This document shows positions 1-8,361 of a DNA stretch of 64,000 nucleotides, piece after piece. The position numbers were made by a program, and so were the translations under genes. Within the stretch, counting starts at the first letter, position 1. The number at the start of each line of letters is the position of its first letter. Below the pieces are notes generated by a model. The model was not told where the DNA came from and did no database searches. It worked only from the letters and a program-made list of their open reading frames with translations. The stretch comes from Candidatus Doudnabacteria bacterium RIFCSPHIGHO2_02_FULL_42_25 (GTDB lineage: Bacteria > Patescibacteriota > Doudnabacteria > UBA920 > O2-02-FULL-48-8), in assembly GCA_001777665.1 (NCBI GenBank), contig MFEQ01000004.1:129331-193330 (forward strand). Reading direction: 5' to 3'.

Positions 1-1143
1 CTCCATCTAAAAACCCAAGAAGATAAACTGAAAAAACAACGTGCTGAATACCAAAAAACTTTTAGCCGCAAAGGAGTCGGTACTCCAAACATGCAGATTA
101 CTTCCGAAGATATCGGTCGTACCGTTTCAAACATCACGAAAATTCCATTGACCAAACTTCTCAAGTCCGAAAGCAAAAAACTGATTGGCCTCGAAAAAAT
201 CATGCAAGCACGAATCGTCGGTCAGGACGATGCCATCAAAATCATTGCTTCTGCCATCCGACGTTCCCGTGCAGGCATTACCTCTCCGAAACGTCCTATC
301 GCCTCTTTCCTATTCTTGGGCCCTACTGGAGTGGGGAAAACAGAAACCGCAAAAGTTTTAGCGGAAGAAGTGTTTGAAAACAAAGACGCCTTGATCCGCG
401 TCGATATGTCTGAATTCATGGAACGCCACAATGTCGCGAGACTGATCGGTGCACCTGCTGGATACGTAGGCTATGAAGAAGGCGGACGTCTGACCGAAGA
501 AATTCGCAAAAAACCGTATGCTGTGATTCTCTTCGATGAAATCGAAAAAGCTCATCCAGATGTGTTCAATATTCTGTTACAAATTCTCGAAGAAGGCGAA
601 CTGACTGATGCCGCAGGTAAACGAGTCAATTTCAGAAATACTTTAATTATCATGACGTCTAATATTGGGTTGAGTGATCTGACGAAACAAGCTGGTAGCA
701 TTGGATTTAGCTCTTCCGAAGATGCCAGGTCAAAGGCTGAAACTGAATACGATCGGGTCAAAGAACGAGTATTGGAATCACTACGACAAACGATGCGACC
801 AGAGTTGCTCAATCGAATTGATAAATCAGTGGTGTTTCGACCATTGGGTATCGAAGAAATCAAAAAAATTGTACTCCTGGAACTCAACAATCTCGTAGCT
901 AGAATCATGAAGCATCAAAGCATTTCCCTGTCATACGATAAAGATGTTCTGAAGTTTATCGCAGATAAAAGCTACGACCCCGCCCAAGGTGCTAGACTTA
1001 TTCGCCGCAACGTCCAAGAGTTGATCGAAGATGTCGTTGCCGAAAAAATCATTACTGGTGAAGTAGTAGAAATGTCGGAAGCTAAAATTGCTCTCGAAAA
1101 CGACAAGATCCAAATCAAAGTAGTGGAGTTAGCAAAAGTTTAG
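1..1143 (+). CDS. clpC: ATP-dependent Clp protease ATP-binding subunit ClpC/ClpB, C-terminal part (5' truncated by window edge)
   Basis: Frame is open from base 1. Second AAA+ module with Walker A GPTGVGKTE, RVDMSEFMERHNVARLIGAPAGYVGYEEGG and Walker B LFDEIEKAHPDVFN. Confidence 0.9.
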   Translation, partial: LHLKTQEDKLKKQRAEYQKTFSRKGVGTPNMQITSEDIGRTVSNITKIPLTKLLKSESKKLIGLEKIMQARIVGQDDAIKIIASAIRRSRAGITSPKRPIASFLFLGPTGVGKTETAKVLAEEVFENKDALIRVDMSEFMERHNVARLIGAPAGYVGYEEGGRLTEEIRKKPYAVILFDEIEKAHPDVFNILLQILEEGELTDAAGKRVNFRNTLIIMTSNIGLSDLTKQAGSIGFSSSEDARSKAETEYDRVKERVLESLRQTMRPELLNRIDKSVVFRPLGIEEIKKIVLLELNNLVARIMKHQSISLSYDKDVLKFIADKSYDPAQGARLIRRNVQELIEDVVAEKIITGEVVEMSEAKIALENDKIQIKVVELAKV

Positions 1144-1177
1144 AAATTAGGTCAATTAGGTTAATTAGAAAATTCAC

Positions 1178-1888
1178 ATGAGAGTAATAGAGGATCTTAA
1201 AAAGCTAGGCAGCAGCATAGTTGACCTAGTCTTTCCTGTTTCTTGCATTGTTTGTGGTAAAGATGGAAGCTACCTCTGTGAAGAAAGTAAAAATAAATTA
1301 ACGAGACTAGAATTCCAGCAATGTTTAGTCTGTCAGCAGCCGGCTCCATTTGGAAAAACCCATCCGCAATGCGTGACCAGGAATTCTGTGGATGGAGCGC
1401 TTTCAGCACTGACTCACAAAAATAAACATGTTCATAAAGTTATCGAAGTATTCAAGTATAATTTTGTTTCGAGTTTAGCTAATCCTCTTTCGGAATTGAT
1501 CGTGAAAACTATCAACAAACAAGGACTCGAAGGCTACTTCGAAGATTTTATTGTCGTACCAATTCCCCTACATCGACGACGTCACAATTGGCGAGGATTC
1601 AACCAAGCTCTCCTACTCGCCGAAACTCTTGCCTCTAAACTTGGGCTTAAAATAGACAACCGAATGGTCGTCAGATCAAAGTTCACCAAACCTCAAGTTA
1701 AACTCAAAGCTGATGAACGAAAACGTAATATCGAAAATGCTTTTTCATTAATTGGCGATGTTACAAACAAAAAAATTCTGTTAGTCGACGATGTCATCAC
1801 TTCAGGATCGACAGCGAATGAGTTAGCTAAATTACTTAAACGCGCTCATGCCAGCGAAGTCTGGATCGCCAGTGCTGCGCATGGATAA
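1178..1888 (+). CDS. comF: ComF family protein (double zinc ribbon + phosphoribosyltransferase)
   Basis: N-terminal CxxC motifs, RGFNQA, PRPP-binding LLVDDVITSGST. Confidence 0.9.
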   Translation: MRVIEDLKKLGSSIVDLVFPVSCIVCGKDGSYLCEESKNKLTRLEFQQCLVCQQPAPFGKTHPQCVTRNSVDGALSALTHKNKHVHKVIEVFKYNFVSSLANPLSELIVKTINKQGLEGYFEDFIVVPIPLHRRRHNWRGFNQALLLAETLASKLGLKIDNRMVVRSKFTKPQVKLKADERKRNIENAFSLIGDVTNKKILLVDDVITSGSTANELAKLLKRAHASEVWIASAAHG

Positions 1889-1916
1889 TCGCCTCCGGGG
1901 CGATTAATCATGATGC

Positions 1917-1944
1917 TTGACAAATTCTGCCAATTTGCTATTAT
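1917..1944 (+). promoter_or_regulatory. sigma70-like promoter with no downstream CDS on this strand
   Basis: TTGACA-16-TATTAT with extended -10 TG. Confidence 0.55.
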
Positions 1945-1950
1945 TGTTTT

Positions 1951-2057
1951 GTCCGAATACTTCCGTATGGTGGGTGCCTACTCCTTTTGACGGGTAGGAT
2001 AGGAACAGCCAACCTCTTTACAATGTTGGGTTGCCGAGCCATTGACAGCTCGGTTTT
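1951..2057 (+). ncRNA. candidate small structured RNA
   Basis: Lies downstream of the promoter. Successive hairpins CCTAC/GTAGG and CCAAC/GTTGG, then terminator CCGAGC/GCTCGG + TTTT. Confidence 0.4.
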
Positions 2058-2144
2058 AAATTTCTCTGATGATGTTTCTTTTGCTGAATTTCTCAAATAT
2101 TATTTGAGCATACTCTTGATCTAAAGTTTTTGCATTTTATCAGG

Positions 2145-3914
2145 TTATTTTTGTAAAAAAATTCTAGCTAAACGCAACTCGTCAAAAGAGAACTCATCCC
2201 CTAGCAAATCTCTGGCGGGTGTCAAATTCCAGGTTTGAGACTTTTCGAAAGCCTCTTTAATTTTATCGAGACGTTTTAAATCAGGTCTTAGATACTCTAT
2301 ATCTAAATCTGGGTTTTTCTTTACAATTTTCTCTATATGATCAATGATTGTTCCAGGAACACAAGTGCGTCGGTTTGCGATTTCCTCGATACTCAACTTT
2401 TGATTCAACAAATCTAATGTTTGATAATGAGTCATGCCTAAATTCAACTCTCGCTTTGGCAATTCTTCTTTATACCCTTTGCGTAATGAATATTGTTTTA
2501 TCAAATCTAAAAATATTTGACCAAATTGCGCCAGCTTCTGATTGCCCACCCCTGTGATCCTTAGCAGGGTCGTTGAGCTTTGCGGAAAATAAGTCGACAT
2601 TTCTTGCAAGGTTTTATTACCAAAAATAACATAAGGTGGCATACCTAATTGATCAGCGATCTGTTTCCGTAGTTCTTTCAGTAAATCAAATAACTCGTGG
2701 TCGTATTTTTTGTCTTCTATGGCGGAAGCTAATTTCAAACATAAATCGCAAGCATTACAATTTTTATTCTGATAATTTTCTCCAAAATATTGTAATAGAT
2801 ACTTTCGGCGGCAATCTCTAAGCTCGCCAAACTTCAGAACTTGCTCCAATTTCTCCCAGGCTTTTTCCTGTTCTAATTCATCTTCCATCATATTAATAAA
2901 GTATTCATGCTTGCGCTGATCAGCCGGATCAAAAAATAAAACACACTCTGAAGGCAAACTATCTCGACCTGCCCTGCCGGTTTCCTGATAATAACTCTCG
3001 ATGGATCTCGGAAGATCGGTATGGACCACCATTCGCACATCTGGCTTATCTATCCCCATTCCAAACGCTATAGTAGCCGCAATAACATTAATCTTATCTT
3101 TGATAAATAAATCTTGAATTTGTGTTCGATCTGCAGATTCCATTCCGGCATGATAAGCTCTAGCCTTAAATCCTCTTATAGTCAAAACTTGTGCCATTTT
3201 TTCTGTGTCTTTGCGCGAAAAACAATAAATAATGACACTTTCATTTCGATGCTTCTCAAGTAAGTCAAAGAGTTGCCCATATAAATCCCGTTTATCTAAC
3301 ACACGATAAGTCAAGTTGGGACGATCGAAACTGGAGATAAATACTTTAGCATCTTCTAAAGATAATTGGCCTAGAATATCAGTTCGCACTTGCTCTGTAG
3401 CCGTTGCGGTCAAAGCAATCACAGGAATATCAGGAAACAGCTCTCGAAGAATAGTTAAATTTCTGTAGTCGGGACGGAAATCGTGCCCCCACTCCGAGAT
3501 GCAATGCGCCTCATCAATCGCGATTAGATTTACATTTATCAACTGCAGAAAATCAGTAAATCCAGGAAGCAATATTCTTTCTGGTGCTACATACAAAATT
3601 TTAACCACGCCACTAATCACCCTCTTTTCAATTTCAGAAATTTCTTGAGGAGCCAGGGAACTATTGATAAAATCTGCCGAAATCCCGTTCGCGCGCAATT
3701 GATCCACTTGGTCTTTCATCAAGGAAATTAACGGAGAAACAACAACTGTTAATCCTTCAAAAACTATGGCTGGTAGCTGGTAGCAAAGTGACTTACCTCC
3801 ACCAGTAGGCATAAGCACCAAGGAATTCTCTTTATTCAAAACACGCTTGATAATTTCTTCTTGCAGTGGTCTAAACTGCTCATATCCAAAATGTTTTTTA
3901 AGTAAATCTTGCAT
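2145..3914 (-). CDS. recQ: DNA helicase RecQ (helicase, Zn-binding, HRDC, C-terminal HTH)
   Basis: MPTGGGKSLCYQLP, DEAHCISEWGHDFRP, ATIAFGMGIDKPDVR, QETGRAGRD. Start placed at ATG 3914. Confidence 0.95.
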   Translation of the reverse strand: MQDLLKKHFGYEQFRPLQEEIIKRVLNKENSLVLMPTGGGKSLCYQLPAIVFEGLTVVVSPLISLMKDQVDQLRANGISADFINSSLAPQEISEIEKRVISGVVKILYVAPERILLPGFTDFLQLINVNLIAIDEAHCISEWGHDFRPDYRNLTILRELFPDIPVIALTATATEQVRTDILGQLSLEDAKVFISSFDRPNLTYRVLDKRDLYGQLFDLLEKHRNESVIIYCFSRKDTEKMAQVLTIRGFKARAYHAGMESADRTQIQDLFIKDKINVIAATIAFGMGIDKPDVRMVVHTDLPRSIESYYQETGRAGRDSLPSECVLFFDPADQRKHEYFINMMEDELEQEKAWEKLEQVLKFGELRDCRRKYLLQYFGENYQNKNCNACDLCLKLASAIEDKKYDHELFDLLKELRKQIADQLGMPPYVIFGNKTLQEMSTYFPQSSTTLLRITGVGNQKLAQFGQIFLDLIKQYSLRKGYKEELPKRELNLGMTHYQTLDLLNQKLSIEEIANRRTCVPGTIIDHIEKIVKKNPDLDIEYLRPDLKRLDKIKEAFEKSQTWNLTPARDLLGDEFSFDELRLARIFLQK

Positions 3915-3940
3915 AAATAAAAGCGGCAACGCCGCCTTAA
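3915..3940 (-). terminator. GC hairpin + U-tract ending directly at recQ start codon
   Basis: Minus strand reads GGCGGC-GTT-GCCGC-TTTTATTT-ATG. Confidence 0.5.
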
Positions 3941-3956
3941 TAATATTTAGATATCT

Positions 3957-4193
3957 TTAAGTTGCTATGGGACGATTTAGTTTCAAATCTTTAACATCTT
4001 TTTCTAACTTGTCCACACGTCCACCCAACCCATCCATAACCATTTCAAAACCCTCATTCATATAATCCTTTAGGTCTGATTTCATATCCAAAAGCTCTTC
4101 TTTCTTCGCTAAAACAGCAGTTTGCTTATCCAAAAGATCAGCAATCGCTTGTAAACTTTCTTCATCTAAGTTAACTTTTGGCTTATCTAACAT
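3957..4193 (-). CDS. small coiled-coil hypothetical protein (78 aa)
   Basis: ORF from ATG 4193 with a heptad-like acidic/Lys pattern. Confidence 0.65.
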   Translation of the reverse strand: MLDKPKVNLDEESLQAIADLLDKQTAVLAKKEELLDMKSDLKDYMNEGFEMVMDGLGGRVDKLEKDVKDLKLNRPIAT

Positions 4194-4268
4194 AAAATTA
4201 TTATAAATTTTTAAAAATAAAACGGCAAACAATTGCCGACTCAATGTTTTTCTTACTTTATTATCCAC

Positions 4269-4297
4269 ATCGTAAACCCTAGCAATTATTTTGTCAA
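4269..4297 (-). promoter_or_regulatory. sigma70 promoter for the small-ORF/recQ unit, abutting a DnaA-box match (TTATCCACA, 4261-4269)
   Basis: TTGACA-17-TACGAT on minus strand, followed by a leader hairpin CGGCAA/TTGCCG + U-tract (4213-4238). Confidence 0.55.
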
Positions 4298-4311
4298 GAT
4301 TGTCTGCTTGC

Positions 4312-4941
4312 CTAAATTTCTGTTTCTTGTCCTAACTGTAAAACTCGATATTTAATTCCAGTGCCTTCCAAAAATTTATCCATGGCATTATTCATGAATG
4401 CTGGAAAGAGCCAAACCCCGTCATGAACAGGAAAGCAAACCCGGGGTTTGATCTGGCGAGCATAATCTATGGCTTCAGATAATTTCAGCCACGGTCCAGA
4501 TGTTGGTACAGCCAAAATTTCCACTGGCTTATTTGGATTTGTAAAATTATCCCCCGGATAAAACAACTGGTTGTTTATAAAATATCCGGTGTTTTCAGTT
4601 TCAGGAAAATTTCCATAAACTGCACCATGTTTGGTCCCGATGCCTTCGATCAAAATTCCCTGCTCTGCTATTGATTGACCATTGCCGACGACTGATACTT
4701 TTATATCTTCCGTTAACTTCGCTACCGAAGAATTAGTTATAACTTTTGCCCGCGGATTGTTTTTGAGAATAACTTTCAGTGCATCGAGATGAAAATGATC
4801 CGGATGTTCGTGGGTTATCAAAACAATATCAATGTTAATCAAACTTTCGTAGCCTTTCGAAAACAATCCCGGATCAGTCAAAATCCGAACGCCTTTTACA
4901 TCAATCAGCAAACAACAATGCCCAAACTTTGTAATTTTCAT
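4312..4941 (-). CDS. MBL-fold metallo-hydrolase
   Basis: GHCC..ILTDPG, THEHPDH, YPGD and PVHD motifs. Confidence 0.9.
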   Translation of the reverse strand: MKITKFGHCCLLIDVKGVRILTDPGLFSKGYESLINIDIVLITHEHPDHFHLDALKVILKNNPRAKVITNSSVAKLTEDIKVSVVGNGQSIAEQGILIEGIGTKHGAVYGNFPETENTGYFINNQLFYPGDNFTNPNKPVEILAVPTSGPWLKLSEAIDYARQIKPRVCFPVHDGVWLFPAFMNNAMDKFLEGTGIKYRVLQLGQETEI

Positions 4942-4947
4942 ATGGGA

Positions 4948-5373
4948 TTATGATGGAAAATCAGAAAGTAATTGAACAGCTGGCGATCCAATTACTTTAG
5001 CTAATTTTTCGTCGGCCGTAACAAGTGTTGCGTCGGATAAGATGGCAAGAGCCACATAAATTGCGTCATAAACCGAGATGTGATTTTGATGCGCAATTCG
5101 GACTGCTTCTTCTAAAACAGTATGGATAACTTCGACCACTTGAAAGGGCAGATTTTCCAAAATTTGATGAGCATTTATAACTTCCTCAATTTCTGAACCC
5201 GACTTCATCGTCAGCACGTTGGCAACTTCATAAAACAAAAGAGGAGGTACTAGCGTTCGTACCTCTCCCTGAGCGATCTGTTCTTGTAATATTATGGCGC
5301 GATCAGTATCTTTTTCCTCGTGGAACCACTTTATCACTACTGACGCATCGAGAACAATTAGATTAGCGGGCAT
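4948..5373 (-). CDS. vapC: VapC-like PIN-domain toxin
   Basis: VLDASVVIKW, YEVAN, YDAIYVALA, LVTAD motifs. Confidence 0.85.
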   Translation of the reverse strand: MPANLIVLDASVVIKWFHEEKDTDRAIILQEQIAQGEVRTLVPPLLFYEVANVLTMKSGSEIEEVINAHQILENLPFQVVEVIHTVLEEAVRIAHQNHISVYDAIYVALAILSDATLVTADEKLAKVIGSPAVQLLSDFPS

Positions 5374-5530
5374 AACGTATATCTCGAAGCACTTTCACTC
5401 CGTCCCAATCGCCGGTATCTTTAGTAATCTTCTTTCTGATTTCTTGAGTTTTTTTTAAAATTTCAACAGACCGAATTTGGCGTCGGTTTTGGATACTTTC
5501 CTTGACTTGTTGCTGTTTGGATTCCTTCAT
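5363..5530 (-). CDS. putative antitoxin (55 aa, MKESKQQQ...WDGVKVLRDIRYAR), not in ORF track
   Basis: Translated by hand. Overlaps the vapC start; the C-terminal 'V..LR..R' end is typical of VapB partners. Confidence 0.65.
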   Translation of the reverse strand: MKESKQQQVKESIQNRRQIRSVEILKKTQEIRKKITKDTGDWDGVKVLRDIRYAR

Positions 5531-5618
5531 TTTTTTATTATAACTTTAAGGATTATTAAGGTCAATGTTGCGTGTTGACAACATTTCTAAAACAAAATCG
5601 GCTCGAACCATATTTTAT

Positions 5619-5711
5619 TGGCGGAGGCGGCAGGATTCGAACCTGCGGACCACTTTTAAGGCGGTCAACTCATTAGCAGTGAGCTGCTTTCGGCCACTCA
5701 GCCACGCCTCC
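5619..5711 (-). tRNA. tRNA-Ser(GCT)
   Basis: Cloverleaf with long variable arm, anticodon loop CT-GCT-AA, GTTCGAATC, encoded CCA. Confidence 0.95.
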
Positions 5712-5807
5712 ACACAGCTCATTTTAGCCCAAATTTGGGTCTTTAGTCAATTATGTTACAATCAATTTGACATTGTAACAGTTTATTGGAATAATGCGTC
5801 TTAACTT

Positions 5808-6353
5808 ATGAAAGAAGAACTATTAAAAGACATATTCAAGAAAGCTCAAAGCGGTGACGACGAAGCCTTCGGGTTGATTTATGACCACTTTGCTGGTAAG
5901 ATTTATAAATTCATCTTCTTTCGGGTCAGCCATACCCAAGTAGCTGAAGATATTTTGGCTGACACTTTTATTAAAGGCTGGCAGAAATTAACGCAAGTTA
6001 ATTCCCCTGCTGCCCTCTCTGCCTGGCTATACCAAATAGCCAAAAATAATATCATCGATTACTACCGTATCAAGAAAGATTCCGTGGACCTAGCGGAAGT
6101 CGAAAACTTTCTGGAAGACGAAACTGATATTGTCGATGAAGCTAACTTAACCATTGACCAGCAGAAAATTTTAGTGCTGATCGAGGAACTACCGGAAGAA
6201 CAAAAGCAGATAATTAAATACAAATTTTTAGAAGAATTAGAAAACGAAGAGATCGCATACATCACTGGTAAAAGCGAAGGTGCGATTCGAGTCATTCAAC
6301 ACAGAGCAATCAGCAAACTGAAAGAGTTGCTAAATAAAAAATATGCCCAATAA
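5808..6353 (+). CDS. ECF RNA polymerase sigma factor
   Basis: Region 2 AEDILADTF..W, WLYQIAKNNIIDYYR; region 4 EIAYITGKSEGAIRVIQHRA. Confidence 0.92.
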   Translation: MKEELLKDIFKKAQSGDDEAFGLIYDHFAGKIYKFIFFRVSHTQVAEDILADTFIKGWQKLTQVNSPAALSAWLYQIAKNNIIDYYRIKKDSVDLAEVENFLEDETDIVDEANLTIDQQKILVLIEELPEEQKQIIKYKFLEELENEEIAYITGKSEGAIRVIQHRAISKLKELLNKKYAQ

Positions 6354-6361
6354 TACAACTT

Positions 6362-7279
6362 ATGGCAATTGATGAACATCAAATTGAAAAGCTTCTAAAA
6401 TCTCTGCCGAAAAATCAGGTGCCGCTTTTTGATACTAAAAAAATCAGGACCTATGTTCTGGATCACATTGCCCTTCCTCAACCCGAACCTTCCAAGTCCT
6501 GGGGCTTTATGCCTATTCTTCGATTCGGAGCTGGAACGATTGCAGGCTTATTCATTGTCATGAGTTTGATGATGGGCACTGCGGTTGCCGCTTTAGAAAG
6601 TGTCCCTGGTTCTGCGATCTACCCTCTGAAAAGAGTGGTGGAAAACATTCAACTGAAACTCACGCCGAATGATCAGAAAACAAACCTTCAGCTGAAATTT
6701 GCTAACAACCGAATTGTAGAATTGCAAGAAGTTTTGGAACAGAAAGAGGAAGGAAAAATTTCGGACGAGCAGGCGTCCACAATTGTCGCCAATACTGTGA
6801 AAGATATTCAAAAAACCACTGCTGCTGCAGTAGCCAATTCCACTACAACCAAGTCGGCTTCCGTCGCGAATAAATTAGCTGATATTAGTAACAAACTCCT
6901 TGCCGCATCCGTTAAAAGTGAAGGACAAGTAAAAATTGAGCTGGAAAAAGCCATAGAATCAACACAGATTAGCCAAGCCGAAGCTATTGCAAATATAGAA
7001 AATGCCGGTTTAAAAGTTGAAAATTCCCCAATCGCTATTGAAGAGACTATAACAGCTTCAGGCAAGCTCACTGCGGTAACCACGGATTCAGTAAGCATCG
7101 GTACAGCCAAATTTTTACTCGATGATGAAACAAAATTTGTCGGCTTTACTCAAATTGAGTTGAAAGCTGGGTTGGTCGTTGACATTGTAGGAAAAATTGA
7201 AGATAATATTACTTACGCGACCGAAATTAAATTGGTAATCGAAATTCCAGAATCTGATACCACAGACGAAACTCAGTAA
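6362..7279 (+). CDS. membrane-anchored putative anti-sigma factor (DUF5667-like, C-terminal DUF5666-like)
   Basis: Directly follows the ECF sigma gene; TM helix followed by SVPGSAIYPLKRVVENI. Confidence 0.65.
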   Translation: MAIDEHQIEKLLKSLPKNQVPLFDTKKIRTYVLDHIALPQPEPSKSWGFMPILRFGAGTIAGLFIVMSLMMGTAVAALESVPGSAIYPLKRVVENIQLKLTPNDQKTNLQLKFANNRIVELQEVLEQKEEGKISDEQASTIVANTVKDIQKTTAAAVANSTTTKSASVANKLADISNKLLAASVKSEGQVKIELEKAIESTQISQAEAIANIENAGLKVENSPIAIEETITASGKLTAVTTDSVSIGTAKFLLDDETKFVGFTQIELKAGLVVDIVGKIEDNITYATEIKLVIEIPESDTTDETQ

Positions 7280-7282
7280 GCG

Positions 7283-7302
7283 CCTGCCTGCCGGTAGGCA
7301 GG
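7283..7302. repeat. short palindromic element CCTGCCTGCCGGTAGGCAGG
   Basis: Near-identical copies at 62679-62698 and 63106-63126. Confidence 0.8.
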
Positions 7303-7380
7303 TATTCACTTTTATAATTATGGTTTAATTCCATAATTAAAATCAGCCAAGAAATAAAGCTGAAAGTTCATATGCGGACA

Positions 7381-7408
7381 AAGACCGTAGCGAAAGCTAC
7401 GGTCTTTT
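7381..7408. terminator. intrinsic terminator hairpin
   Basis: AAGACCGTAGC-GAAA-GCTACGGTCTT then TT. Confidence 0.7.
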
Positions 7409-7444
7409 CCGAGATTAAGAAAAATGCTAGAATAATAACATTGC

Positions 7445-7534
7445 GGAGAGGTGCGAGAGTGGTTTAATCGGACAGTCTTGAAAACTGTTGAGGATTCACG
7501 TCCTCCGTGGGTTCGAATCCCACCCTCTCCGCCA
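7445..7534 (+). tRNA. tRNA-Ser(TGA)
   Basis: ACAGT-CT-TGA-AA-ACTGT anticodon arm, long variable arm, CCA. Confidence 0.95.
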
Positions 7535-7548
7535 ATAAAAAAATATGG

Positions 7549-7650
7549 ATCCCGTTAGAATTTGTGCATAGCAAACTTGTTCAAAAAATAATATCTGACG
7601 CGGAACTATAATTATTTAAACTATTAACTAATCATTAATTCTAACGGGAT
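7549..7650. mobile_element. MITE-like element with 14-bp perfect terminal inverted repeats
   Basis: ATCCCGTTAGAATT ... AATTCTAACGGGAT; ATGGA occurs at both ends. Confidence 0.7.
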
Positions 7651-8125
7651 GGACAAAAAAATTCCTGACACAATAACTTGGCAAGCTCCAAGTCATCAAG
7701 AGCACAAACGATCTCCAGCCTGGTATCTCTTTTTATTCTTAGTTGGATTTGGCTTAATCGCTTACGCTATTTATTCTCAAAGCATTCTTACAGGAATTAC
7801 CTTTGGTTTGATTATCCTGGTAATATTAGTAATTTCTACCCAAAAACCTCGAGCAGTTACTTACAAAATTACGAAGACTGGAATTGCGGCCGATAAACTT
7901 GTGTACCCGTTTAAAGTTATCAAGAAGTTTTGGATAATTTACGAACCGCCGCATGTCAAAACTTTAAATTTGGAAACCTCGGCCTATTTGAATAATCGTG
8001 TAATAATCCAATTGGGTAAAGAAGATCCGATGATTATAAAATTATTTTTAAGTCAATTTTTAAAAGAAGACCTGGATAAAGAAGAAACGTTTTCTGATAA
8101 ACTAGCTAGAAGTCTGAAAATCTGA
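7649..8125 (+). CDS. conserved CPR membrane protein (2 TM + PH-like domain)
   Basis: ITWQAP..EHKRSPAWY, two TM helices, FWIIY motif. Confidence 0.75.
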   Translation: MDKKIPDTITWQAPSHQEHKRSPAWYLFLFLVGFGLIAYAIYSQSILTGITFGLIILVILVISTQKPRAVTYKITKTGIAADKLVYPFKVIKKFWIIYEPPHVKTLNLETSAYLNNRVIIQLGKEDPMIIKLFLSQFLKEDLDKEETFSDKLARSLKI

Positions 8126-8243
8126 TATTATATATTGCAGTTTTCAAATCAAAATGCCAACGAAGTGCATTTTGATTTGAGAGGAGCAATAGATGTTCGC
8201 AGCAGCCGTCAGAACGGATGCGAAGATCAGCTAATTGCGACGA

Positions 8244-8318
8244 GCACCCGTCGTTCAATGGATAGGACACGAGATTGCGGATCTTGTAATCGAGGTTCGA
8301 TTCCTCGCGGGTGCACCA
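8244..8318 (+). tRNA. tRNA-Arg(GCG)
   Basis: Acceptor GCACCCG/CGGGTGC, anticodon loop TT-GCG-GA, GTTCGATTC, CCA. Confidence 0.92.
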
Positions 8319-8361
8319 AAAGAGCGGCAAGAATTTGCTGTTTTTTTGTTATAATAAGTCC

